A stretch of DNA of 64,000 nucleotides from a virus. The position numbers and the translations under genes are program-made. Location of the stretch: positions 11,624 to 75,623 of IMG/VR virus record IMGVR_UViG_3300025438_000010, one strand, 5' to 3'. A model generated the notes under the pieces. The model saw only the letters and a list, made by a program, of their open reading frames with translations. It was not told the DNA's origin and did no database searches. This document shows positions 18,342-26,693 of this stretch, piece after piece; position 1 is the stretch's first letter, and every line of letters begins with the position of its first letter.

Positions 18342-18800
18342 GTGGCTAATCCAGATACGGACTTACAAGGGGTAGGGGTCTACTTAGAACAAAGATCCCC
18401 TAACAGACTGACCGGAGCTACTCACCAGCTGTTTATTTTTCCGGAGGGCTATACGCCTACACTTCAAAGGATTGTCCCTAAGGTTTTCCATAGGCATCTC
18501 AACAGGTACGCCCCACGGAAGAACTGGATCTGTGCGCCATTACACCTTAACGAGGTTGACTTTTCTGATGAGGAAACTGTGGCTGAGTTACTACTACCTC
18601 CGCTGGCTCGAGCTGTATGGGGAGAGTACACACTGGTTGGGAAGCCACTACTCTTCGAGGTATCAAAGAAGGACATGTTCGAGGTTGCTAGGAGAAAACT
18701 ACCTACGCGGATTAATTTAAAGATAAAGACAATGCGGAGTGCTCACGGCTACCCAGAATCTGTAGTCGAGATCGAGAAGAAGGAGGAAGCAGATGGTTGA
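18342..18800 (+). CDS. hypothetical protein
   Basis: 152-aa ORF overlapping the ATPase start. Confidence 0.65.
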   Translation: MANPDTDLQGVGVYLEQRSPNRLTGATHQLFIFPEGYTPTLQRIVPKVFHRHLNRYAPRKNWICAPLHLNEVDFSDEETVAELLLPPLARAVWGEYTLVGKPLLFEVSKKDMFEVARRKLPTRINLKIKTMRSAHGYPESVVEIEKKEEADG

Positions 18801-19845
18801 TGTAGCACGGGATGGTGTAGGTAGGTTCCAGGGCCCGGTAAAAGGCTCAAGGGCAGTTACTGAGCTCGAATCATGGGACATCTTGGTTGATATCCTTAAA
18901 CAGAGCTCAGACGAGGCTGTGGCCAAGAGATTACTTGGTGAGGTCCCTGGAGATGGAAGATACATCCCACGGAAGCCTAAAGGCTCCGGGATGTCACAAA
19001 AGGAAAAGAAGTTAATGAATATTGATGCTCTAGAAGGCCACACCAGCTACGAGAGGCCAAATGGGGATCTCTACTACAGCAGACCCTGGGGAGCTCACGC
19101 GGATGTCGAGGTCCTGAGGAAAGCCAGGGAAGCCACGGCTTCTGGCTCTGGCTCGTCGCTGTTTGCCTTGCTCTATGGATCACCAGGGTGTGGCAAGACT
19201 GCACTGGTCGAAGCGGCGTTCCCGGATGTTTATACGTTGATGGGAACTGGCGACACTGAGGTTGCTGACCTGGTTGGTGGTTACATCCAGAATGACGATG
19301 GTGGCTTCGAGTGGGTTGATGGTGATCTGTTGAAGGCTGCAGAAAATGGAGCTGTCTACTTCATCGACGAGATTGGGTTGATTGACCCCAAGGTTCTTTC
19401 AGTCGTGTACGGGCTGATGGATGGGCGGCGAGAGCTTTCTGTTACTGCCAACCCCCAACGCGGAACCATTAAAGCTCATCCCAACTTTTATGTGGTGGCT
19501 GCAACAAACCCCAATGCTCCTGGCGTGCGGCTTTCAGAGGCGCTGCTGTCACGCTTCACGATGCAGGCAGAGATGACCACGGACTGGGGACTGGCCAAGA
19601 AGTTAGGTGCCTCGGTCCGAATCGTCACTGCCGCCCAGAACCTGGCTAAGAAGCAGAGCTCGCGTGAGGTGTCTTGGGCACCTCAGATGCGAGAGCTCCT
19701 GGCGTTCAGGGATGTGTCAGAGCTTTATGGAACTGATTTTGCGATCTCTAATCTCCTGGCTTTGGCTCCAGAGATGGATCGTCCAATGGTTGCAGATGTG
19801 TTGACCAGGGTCTATGCTGAGGACCACCGACCAGCGAGGATTTAA
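18793..19845 (+). CDS. MoxR/CobS/CbbQ-family AAA+ ATPase
   Basis: Walker A GSPGCGKT, Walker B YFIDE, AATN sensor, EALLSRF Arg finger. Confidence 0.9.
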   Translation: MVDVARDGVGRFQGPVKGSRAVTELESWDILVDILKQSSDEAVAKRLLGEVPGDGRYIPRKPKGSGMSQKEKKLMNIDALEGHTSYERPNGDLYYSRPWGAHADVEVLRKAREATASGSGSSLFALLYGSPGCGKTALVEAAFPDVYTLMGTGDTEVADLVGGYIQNDDGGFEWVDGDLLKAAENGAVYFIDEIGLIDPKVLSVVYGLMDGRRELSVTANPQRGTIKAHPNFYVVAATNPNAPGVRLSEALLSRFTMQAEMTTDWGLAKKLGASVRIVTAAQNLAKKQSSREVSWAPQMRELLAFRDVSELYGTDFAISNLLALAPEMDRPMVADVLTRVYAEDHRPARI

Positions 19846-19846
19846 G

Positions 19847-21595
19847 ATGGAGCATTTGAGGCACAGTGATCCAGAAGGGGAGAGCCCTCCGCCCCCGATC
19901 GAGTGGCTGAAGGTCGGGACCACTGTTGCTGACCTGACCAATCAGCTCTCTGCCCGGAATGACATCATCGCCCTCGTCGGGCCTGATGCGGCACATGGTG
20001 CGCCAGCCTGCTTCTTCCCCCACCACTCTGAGGTTGAGCTCAACACCAACACAGCTTTTGGGCCCAGAACAGCCCCAGAGGATGTCGGGGACCTCACTGA
20101 TCCCAAGAGGCAGTACGAGTTTCCTCGTGCAGTTGGTCTGATTGCCCACGAAGCCTTCCATGCTCGATACAGCAGGTGGAGTGCGTCTGAAACAGCAGAT
20201 CAGCTCAATGCGGAGGAGTTCAAGGCCTTCGAGCTGCTGGAGGAGTCACGAATTGAGTATCAGGGGCTTCAGGATGTCCCACGGGTTCGTGAGTTCATTA
20301 GATCGGCTGTGATTGACATTAATCTTGAGCACCGCCCCGAGATGGAGCACACAGAGGCCGCTTTCCAGGTTTTTGGTTTAATCAATGCACGCGTTCAGGC
20401 TGGCACGCTCGAGGAGCGAGAGGTCGAGGATGTTGTGGGCCAAGTCACTGACTTTTTAGGCGCAGAGCTTTCCCTGCACTTGTCTGGAATTGTCTCGACG
20501 TTCCATGAGTCCAGAGATCTTTCGGAGAGGCACCAGCTGGCTCGTGAGTGGGTCGCTGCAAAGCATGAGGCGGCTGATCAGAGAGGGGAGAAGCCTGATG
20601 GTGGTTTTGACCCCGCAGCCCTGGCTCAGGCCGTAAAAAATGCGCTAGAAGATATTATCCTTACAGCTAGCATTGCTTTAGCTGACCAAGAGTCAGACGA
20701 GGTAGCCGAAGCTTTCGTGCTTGATGTCCAACAAAAGACAAAGCAGCGTAAGCGCAACGAGCAGGAGGCAGAGAAGCTGTTCAGCAAAGCTTCGGAGCTT
20801 AGCTCAAGCTTCACTCGGTCACACATGAAGCAGATGCGGGATCCAACCCCCGAGGAGCGTGCGGCTGCAGTTATCGTCGCCACCGAGCTGGAGAAGGCAA
20901 AGTACCACGACCGCATTGAGATTGAGACAGACAACTATCTTCCTCCTGGTCGACTTCGCACACGAGCACTTGTCCAAGCACGGGCAGCTGAGAGCAAGGG
21001 CCTCAGGCTGGCAAGCACACCCTGGCGTAGGACCAAGCGCAAGCACACTATCGACCCTTCTCTCACAGTGGGGGTGATGGTGGACATCTCTGGCTCTATG
21101 TCGAGCGCCATGGAGCCTATGGCAGTGACAGCCTGGGTCATGAGCGAGGCAGTTCGTAGGATTCAGGGGCGAGCGGCTATGATCTACTATGGCGACTCAG
21201 TGTTCCCCACACTCAGCCCTGGGCAGCACCTAGAGAAGGTCTACATCTACGGAGCCTATGATGGCAGCGAGGAGTTTGACAAGGCTTTTCGTGGGCTAGA
21301 TGGGGCCCTTGGACTTCTTGAGGGCTCGGGTGCTAGACTGTTAGTGATATCGTCTGATGGACACTATCGGTCTGATCAGATTGAGCAGGCACGACATTGG
21401 ATCACAGAGTGCGCCAAAGCCGGGGTTGCGATTCTTTGGTTGCCCTACGACACAGGGCGTAGTCTCAGCAGGCTCCTGGGCCCTGGTGTGCCCCAACATC
21501 ATATTTCGGTGGTCACAGGAACTATGTCTCCAGCAGGCGTAGCCACACGCATTGGCCGAGCTGCAGCCGCAGCCCTGGCTCAGGCAAGTCAATAG
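19847..21595 (+). CDS. CobT-like metallopeptidase (HExxH) plus vWA domain protein
   Basis: HEAFH...LEESRIE; MIDAS DISGSM and ISSDG; adjacent to MoxR ATPase. Confidence 0.85.
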   Translation: MEHLRHSDPEGESPPPPIEWLKVGTTVADLTNQLSARNDIIALVGPDAAHGAPACFFPHHSEVELNTNTAFGPRTAPEDVGDLTDPKRQYEFPRAVGLIAHEAFHARYSRWSASETADQLNAEEFKAFELLEESRIEYQGLQDVPRVREFIRSAVIDINLEHRPEMEHTEAAFQVFGLINARVQAGTLEEREVEDVVGQVTDFLGAELSLHLSGIVSTFHESRDLSERHQLAREWVAAKHEAADQRGEKPDGGFDPAALAQAVKNALEDIILTASIALADQESDEVAEAFVLDVQQKTKQRKRNEQEAEKLFSKASELSSSFTRSHMKQMRDPTPEERAAAVIVATELEKAKYHDRIEIETDNYLPPGRLRTRALVQARAAESKGLRLASTPWRRTKRKHTIDPSLTVGVMVDISGSMSSAMEPMAVTAWVMSEAVRRIQGRAAMIYYGDSVFPTLSPGQHLEKVYIYGAYDGSEEFDKAFRGLDGALGLLEGSGARLLVISSDGHYRSDQIEQARHWITECAKAGVAILWLPYDTGRSLSRLLGPGVPQHHISVVTGTMSPAGVATRIGRAAAAALAQASQ

Positions 21596-21611
21596 AAGGA
21601 GAAAGAGCATT

Positions 21612-21875
21612 ATGAGAGAAGAAGGATCCATAGTTATAAGCAGGCGCTACACCCCGATGCTGAGCGCAGCCCTGGGGCACTACATGAAATTCCTCACGGC
21701 CTCCCTCCATCGAGAAGAAGACATGGACATTGATCAAATGGCTGATTTCATGGAGGTGTACACGACAGCCGGAAGCCTCTGGGTCAAGGCAATGAAGTCC
21801 CAGGGGTTTGACCAGAAGGACATTGCAGCCCTGATGTCCATGATCGATGGTAGGCGCTTAGATGGTCTACTCTGA
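21612..21875 (+). CDS. hypothetical protein
   Basis: AAGGAG RBS upstream of ATG 21612. Confidence 0.55.
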   Translation: MREEGSIVISRRYTPMLSAALGHYMKFLTASLHREEDMDIDQMADFMEVYTTAGSLWVKAMKSQGFDQKDIAALMSMIDGRRLDGLL

Positions 21876-22077
21876 TCTCATCCCCCTGATTCGAGAGGTG
21901 CTGTTTGTCGGAGAGCATTTCACGATGATGACTTCGGTTGCTGTGGACGAGGCCCTACGGGAGCCTGGTGAGTCGGACGACGAGTTTTACATCCGTCTTG
22001 CTTCGGTGGGTATAGAGCAGTACTACGGGTGGAATGTGCGGGAGCAGTCGGTCGATATTGCTGTCGTCCTGGAGTAG
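21862..22077 (+). CDS. hypothetical protein
   Basis: Coupled ORF. Confidence 0.5.
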   Translation: MVYSDLIPLIREVLFVGEHFTMMTSVAVDEALREPGESDDEFYIRLASVGIEQYYGWNVREQSVDIAVVLE

Positions 22078-22116
22078 GGTTGCTATCATATAGGGGTGGA
22101 TAAATCATATCGCCCC

Positions 22117-22263
22117 GTGGCCAACCCTGCATACGCCAAGGCCATCTCCGAGCTTCGTCGAAGCAACGCGGCGGGCACTCACGCGGACGCCAGATCGCGT
22201 AGAGAGAGAAGTCGAGAGGCGGCTCTCAAGGCGGCAATTAAACGAGAAACCGAGGCCGAGTGA
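22117..22263 (+). CDS. 48-aa basic protein
   Basis: Own translation MANPAYAKAISELRRSNAAGTHADARSRRERSR...; GTGA overlap with next gene. Confidence 0.55.
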   Translation: MANPAYAKAISELRRSNAAGTHADARSRRERSREAALKAAIKRETEAE

Positions 22264-22505
22264 ATGTACTAGAGGTTACATACGTAACTCCTACCACCGC
22301 AGTTGCACTGGTCGACGACCCCAAGGATGGCTCCACTAAATTGGTGGTGGTGCACCTCACCGGGGAGGATGCTGTCGTGCTAGACTTTGACTCCTTGATA
22401 ACTACTGAAGCACTGACTGCGGCAGGACCTCGAGAGGCGATGCGAGTCACTCGGGAACTTCGGAGTCAGCTGTGGGATAGTGAGAGCGGTCATGCGGTAT
22501 CCTAA
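22260..22505 (+). CDS. hypothetical protein
   Basis: Coupled ORF. Confidence 0.55.
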   Translation: MNVLEVTYVTPTTAVALVDDPKDGSTKLVVVHLTGEDAVVLDFDSLITTEALTAAGPREAMRVTRELRSQLWDSESGHAVS

Positions 22506-22548
22506 TATAGCGCCCCTCGTAGGGGCCGTGAAAGAACGGTTTAACACA

Positions 22549-22710
22549 ATGAAAGTTGATCTGAGTCGAGTAGTCTGGACCTCAGTTGCAGCCACTGGTT
22601 GCGCACTGGGCTCCATTGCCTCAGCCATCTGGGGCTCTTTGGATCTGACGCTGGCCCTTGGGCTGGTTGCAGTGGCCTCGGCTTTGCTGTCAACGCGAGA
22701 GGTTAGGTAA
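22549..22710 (+). CDS. small two-TM membrane protein
   Basis: Hydrophobic C-terminal part of ORF 22480-22710; start uncertain. Confidence 0.5.
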   Translation: MKVDLSRVVWTSVAATGCALGSIASAIWGSLDLTLALGLVAVASALLSTREVR

Positions 22711-23102
22711 TGGATAACGAGAAGACCCCAGAAACAAAAGCAGATGAGCAGGAGAGTGCAGTAGTCATTGAGGCTGTGGAGCCCCAAGAGACTCCCAAGC
22801 CCAAGGCTCCAGTTGCTTCGACCCCAGCTAGTTCTATCGAGCATGGCTCAGTCGTTTCGATGTCGGCGATTGTCGCAGGCAGTAACAGCCGGAACTCTAC
22901 TTCTGTGCGGCTGGTCCAAAGACGGCTAATTGAACTTGGCCACATGGGTGCAGGGTCTGACCTTCCCGGTTGGCTCAGCAATGGCACTCTCGACGCCCTG
23001 GCTGAGTACATGGACAAGGCACGAGTCAAGGCGTCAAGCGAAACTGATCATGCGGTGATTGAGTCCCTGATGAAGGGCACACCCGCCAAAGTCACCAAGT
23101 AG
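22710..23102 (+). CDS. protein with peptidoglycan-binding-like three-helix domain
   Basis: SVRLVQRRLIELGH...GWLSNGTLDALAEY resembles PG_binding_1. Confidence 0.5.
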   Translation: MDNEKTPETKADEQESAVVIEAVEPQETPKPKAPVASTPASSIEHGSVVSMSAIVAGSNSRNSTSVRLVQRRLIELGHMGAGSDLPGWLSNGTLDALAEYMDKARVKASSETDHAVIESLMKGTPAKVTK

Positions 23103-23305
23103 CCCACACGGTTCTAACACGGGCAACCTTGGGCGCTTTTTCTGTTGGGGTGGTGCCCCCTGTGGGAGTGCCCCCTTACCCTAGCCAGGGGGGCGCTGGG
23201 GGTGACTTGAGTAGGCGCTACCCCAGGGGCTGAGACTCTACTAGGACAGTCTCCACCCCCAACGACTAAGCCCCCCTCTTTCGAGGGGGGCTAGCCTGTG
23301 ATGAC

Positions 23306-23530
23306 CTACCAGGTGGCGACTGTGCGAGCCCCTGTGAACTCCCAGGGGAGTGAGCCGTAAGCCAAGCGAGCCATGTCGTGGAATGCAAGCTCTTCGTTCT
23401 TGTAGGTTGCGCTAGCAATTCCAGTTCCCATTGCCTTGCAGTCTTTGGCGAACTCGCGAACCTGCGCGACTGTGTCGATTGCGAAGCTGTACTCTGTGCC
23501 GTTCATGTCCCTAGCTGTGATTCCAAACAT
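23306..23530 (-). CDS. 74-aa hypothetical protein, copy 1
   Basis: GGGAGGT RBS; hairpin terminator at about 23266-23294. Confidence 0.75.
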   Translation of the reverse strand: MFGITARDMNGTEYSFAIDTVAQVREFAKDCKAMGTGIASATYKNEELAFHDMARLAYGSLPWEFTGARTVATW

Positions 23531-23910
23531 TTTGCTACCTCCCAGATTGTGAGCCTGGCTTCGTGCCCTGCTCGTTGTAACTATTATTGCATGATTTATT
23601 AGAATAACCTAATCGCTTACATCCCGGGCGTGTCGCTTCTGGGTTGTAGGCTTTCATGCCGTGACCCCTCTAGAGTCACTTGCCTATGTCCCTGAGTAGC
23701 ACGGTTGCCCACACGGTTCTAACACGGGCAACCTTGGGCGCTTTTTCTGTTGGGGTGGTGCCCCCTGTGGGAGTGCCCCCTTACCCTAGCCAGGGGGGCG
23801 CTGGGGGTGACTTGAGTAGGCGCTACCCCAGGGGCTGAGACTCTACTAGGACAGTCTCCACCCCCAACGACTAAGCCCCCCTCTTTCGAGGGGGGCTAGC
23901 CTGTGATGAC

Positions 23911-24135
23911 CTACCAGGTGGCGACTGTGCGAGCCCCTGTGAACTCCCAGGGGAGTGAGCCGTAAGCCAAGCGAGCCATGTCGTGGAATGCAAGCTCTTC
24001 GTTCTTGTAGGTTGCGCTAGCAATTCCAGTTCCCATTGCCTTGCAGTCTTTGGCGAACTCGCGAACCTGCGCGACTGTGTCGATTGCGAAGCTGTACTCT
24101 GTGCCGTTCATGTCCCTAGCTGTGATTCCAAACAT
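23911..24135 (-). CDS. 74-aa hypothetical protein, copy 2 (identical)
   Basis: GAAAGGA RBS; start at 24135 by identity with copy 1. Confidence 0.75.
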   Translation of the reverse strand: MFGITARDMNGTEYSFAIDTVAQVREFAKDCKAMGTGIASATYKNEELAFHDMARLAYGSLPWEFTGARTVATW

Positions 24136-24184
24136 TTTGTTTCCTTTCCCAGGTAGCTTGGCCTTGTGCCTTGCTGATGTTTCT

Positions 24185-24215
24185 ATTATAGACACACCCC
24201 CCTAGGGGTTGTCAA
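24185..24215 (-). promoter_or_regulatory. consensus sigma70/SigA promoter
   Basis: TTGACA (24215-24210), 19-nt spacer, TATAAT (24190-24185). Confidence 0.75.
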
Positions 24216-24549
24216 GTCTGAATCTGTTTTTCTGCATCCCGGGCGTGTCGCGCTTAGGTATGCGGGTATGTCTCTAGGGGGGGGTGTGACTGTGTACACC
24301 TAGCCCCTAGCCCCTACACGGGTGTAACACGGGCGCGAATTGGGGCAACCCTTCATGCGGTGGGTGGTCGCCCAGAGAGTCCCTGAGGGTTCCCTAGTAC
24401 CTAGAGGGGAAGCCCCCCCCCTTACTTGCCTAGTTACTTGTGCGCCATTAGTCATACCCCAGGGGGCAGGGGTGTACTAGTTGAGCACGCTCTAGCACTT
24501 AGTTGCCTGTCTCTAGGTCAGGGGGTAGCCCTCAATGCTTAGGTGACCC

Positions 24550-24890
24550 TTACCCACCCCCACCCCTACGCTCAGGGAGTACACCTAGACATGCGGGTGA
24601 TGACCTTTTAGAGAGTCTCTGAATCTCTAGGTTGATTGACCAACACCCCACCCCCCCTATCCCCAGCACATCACCCCACCCCCCACCCCTAGCACCCCAC
24701 CCCCCTCACTAGTTGTCTCTCTTATGTCTCAATGTCTTAGTCGTGTCTAAATGTCCTAGTCAATGTCACTCAATGTCTTAGTTAATTTTTTTTTCGTCGA
24801 GTCTCCAAGATTTTTTTAGTGCCGGGTTTTTTAGCACAAACACAACACCCACCCCACCCCCCTGAATTACCCCACCCCCCTCCCGCCAAA
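24550..24890. repeat. C-tract low-complexity non-coding region with AATGTC short repeats
   Basis: Many CCCCACCCC runs; ATGTC/GTGTC repeated at 24723-24781. Confidence 0.7.
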
Positions 24891-25042
24891 CAGGAAACAA
24901 TCTCAACAGGGCTGAAATGTAAGCCCATCCAACTCACCGGTCAAATTCAAAAAAACATACTGTTCATATAAATAATGTTTCCGTACAATCTACGTTTCGC
25001 GATTCTCCGTACGATTCAGGTAAAGCCCTGTACAATAGAGAA

Positions 25043-25540
25043 ATGGCCTCCCTTTCCCCCGATGAAGTAGTTTTCCTCGAAAGTTTGCCTCGAGCAGCCT
25101 TTGAGTCAAGACTCCGCGCCTTGTGGAACACTGGCTGGTCTTTAAACTCTTTAGGCCAGTCTTTAAGGCCGCCACGCCCTAAAACAACAATCCACTTCTG
25201 GGTCCGCAGGGCTTCTGATGTGAAGCAGTTTCGTGCCGTACCTATGCCACCTAAGAAGTCTTTAGCGACCGAGACGCCAACAAAAAAGCCTCCCCGCCTG
25301 CGCTCAGTGTCCCCTGGGGTTCCGCAGGATATGAAACCTAGGCTTCTAGAGCTCTCATCCTTGGCGCGTCGCTATCGGTCAAAAACTTCGTCGTCCAGTC
25401 CTTTTGCGCAAGCAAATGAGGAGCTAACAACAATTTCCCTGACTCTCCGCAGTATGGGAGTGCCAACCGCCGCTATCGCTGAGGCTGCAGGGGTCTCGTA
25501 CCGTGCAATGGCTAAGAGATTGAGTAAGAATCAAAAATGA
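25043..25540 (+). CDS. double helix-turn-helix DNA-binding protein, probably leaderless
   Basis: GWSLNSLGQSL...KTTIHFWV and GVPTAAIAEAAGVSYRAMAKRL; ATG 6 nt after TACAAT (25031). Confidence 0.65.
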   Translation: MASLSPDEVVFLESLPRAAFESRLRALWNTGWSLNSLGQSLRPPRPKTTIHFWVRRASDVKQFRAVPMPPKKSLATETPTKKPPRLRSVSPGVPQDMKPRLLELSSLARRYRSKTSSSSPFAQANEELTTISLTLRSMGVPTAAIAEAAGVSYRAMAKRLSKNQK

Positions 25541-25869
25541 AAACGTATAAGACACAAAGCGGTACCTACAAAGAGGAGGACCTCGCTGTTGTAATCTGGG
25601 TAAACCCGAAACACCTCAAAAAAGCAAATGCTCGGTTCCTTGAGACCATGACCTCTGATAGCTCCCCACACCCGATGGCTTTTCCGATTACTTCTTTGAC
25701 TACCAATAAGATGTGGCGAAATGCTCGGATCGCTAACACCAAAGAAGATGTCTACGCCCTTATCGGGTCTACCGAACGAAACAAGCCGCTTCTCGTGCCA
25801 CTCCCCACGGCAAGAGAGGCTTTGGACTGGACAAGCTTTTACGTCCCCACAGAGTATGTGGATATGTAA
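25537..25869 (+). CDS. hypothetical protein
   Basis: ATGA-coupled ORF. Confidence 0.6.
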   Translation: MKTYKTQSGTYKEEDLAVVIWVNPKHLKKANARFLETMTSDSSPHPMAFPITSLTTNKMWRNARIANTKEDVYALIGSTERNKPLLVPLPTAREALDWTSFYVPTEYVDM

Positions 25870-26234
25870 TGCAGAAGACAATAGATATTTTCCCGGCAGT
25901 ATTGCGCCTAGCCCCACCAGGTTCGCTGGAAAATATTACAGACCTACCGGTCAGGGGTGATGCCCCCGCCGGGACAAGAAAACTGGATCGAGCACGGGCT
26001 GTGATTGTCCAGGGCACCCTTTACGTTGCGGTCGACTCTCCTACAGGCCCCGAGGTTGTTTTTAGGGAAAAGGTTGAGGAGCAGCACCACGAAAAAAAAG
26101 TTTCCCATGTAAGGACAGTTTCAGGTAAGATAATTGTTATTAGTAAAGACGAGAACTGCGGATGCGGCTCTCGCTTGAGAGGCTGGAACCCGTTCGGCTT
26201 CTTAGTATCATCATCGGAGGATCCTCTTGCATAG
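25869..26234 (+). CDS. hypothetical actinophage protein
   Basis: TAATG-coupled; CGCGSRL motif. Confidence 0.6.
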   Translation: MQKTIDIFPAVLRLAPPGSLENITDLPVRGDAPAGTRKLDRARAVIVQGTLYVAVDSPTGPEVVFREKVEEQHHEKKVSHVRTVSGKIIVISKDENCGCGSRLRGWNPFGFLVSSSEDPLA

Positions 26235-26409
26235 AGAAAATTTAGTGCGAGCCATAGAGCTTGCCATTAGAATGAGTGACAAAGACTGCGAGCACCACGC
26301 TCTGTCTGAAAGACACGCTCACGAGTGCACTCAGTGCACTGCTGAGATAGCTGTTGAAGCCCTAGAGAACAGGATTTCCCTTCCGTGGAATACGTCATCC
26401 TCGGTCTAG
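26227..26409 (+). CDS. small Cys/His protein
   Basis: GGAGG RBS; CEHH...HECTQC. Confidence 0.45.
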   Translation: MHRENLVRAIELAIRMSDKDCEHHALSERHAHECTQCTAEIAVEALENRISLPWNTSSSV

Positions 26410-26660
26410 CCACCTACAGGCTTACCCGTCTGTTTACAAGGGACACAATTCTTGAGTCTTTTCGCAATTGGTGGTGGTCCAAGTTTCCCCCCGAGAAAAA
26501 CCCTCTAGGCTATCTGCTTACATGCGAGTGGTGTTTGTCCTTTTGGTTCGGGTCACTTGTTTTTGTGTGTTATATGATTAGTACAGTAACTGTTTTAGTT
26601 GTGGTGCCTTTTGCACTGTCTGCTATTGCAGGCCTGTTGACCGCGTATGAGGACAAATAA
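26385..26660 (+). CDS. DUF1360 family membrane protein
   Basis: LATYRLTRLFTRDTI...LLTCEWCLSFW; directly before portal. Confidence 0.75.
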   Translation: MEYVILGLATYRLTRLFTRDTILESFRNWWWSKFPPEKNPLGYLLTCEWCLSFWFGSLVFVCYMISTVTVLVVVPFALSAIAGLLTAYEDK

Positions 26661-26693
26661 CTCATACTCCGCAACAACTGACAAGAGGAACAA

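Larger units (their letters stand above)
23102..24139. repeat. 433-bp direct repeat (23102-23534 and 23707-24139), period 605 bp
   Basis: Copies read identical by eye; degenerate third start at 24312. Confidence 0.9.

Noticed and set aside
20631-20661. CCGTAAAAAA inside the vWA gene
   Set aside because: Nearest TANNNT (TATCCT) is at offset 25 rather than 26, with no hairpin or leader; probably coding coincidence
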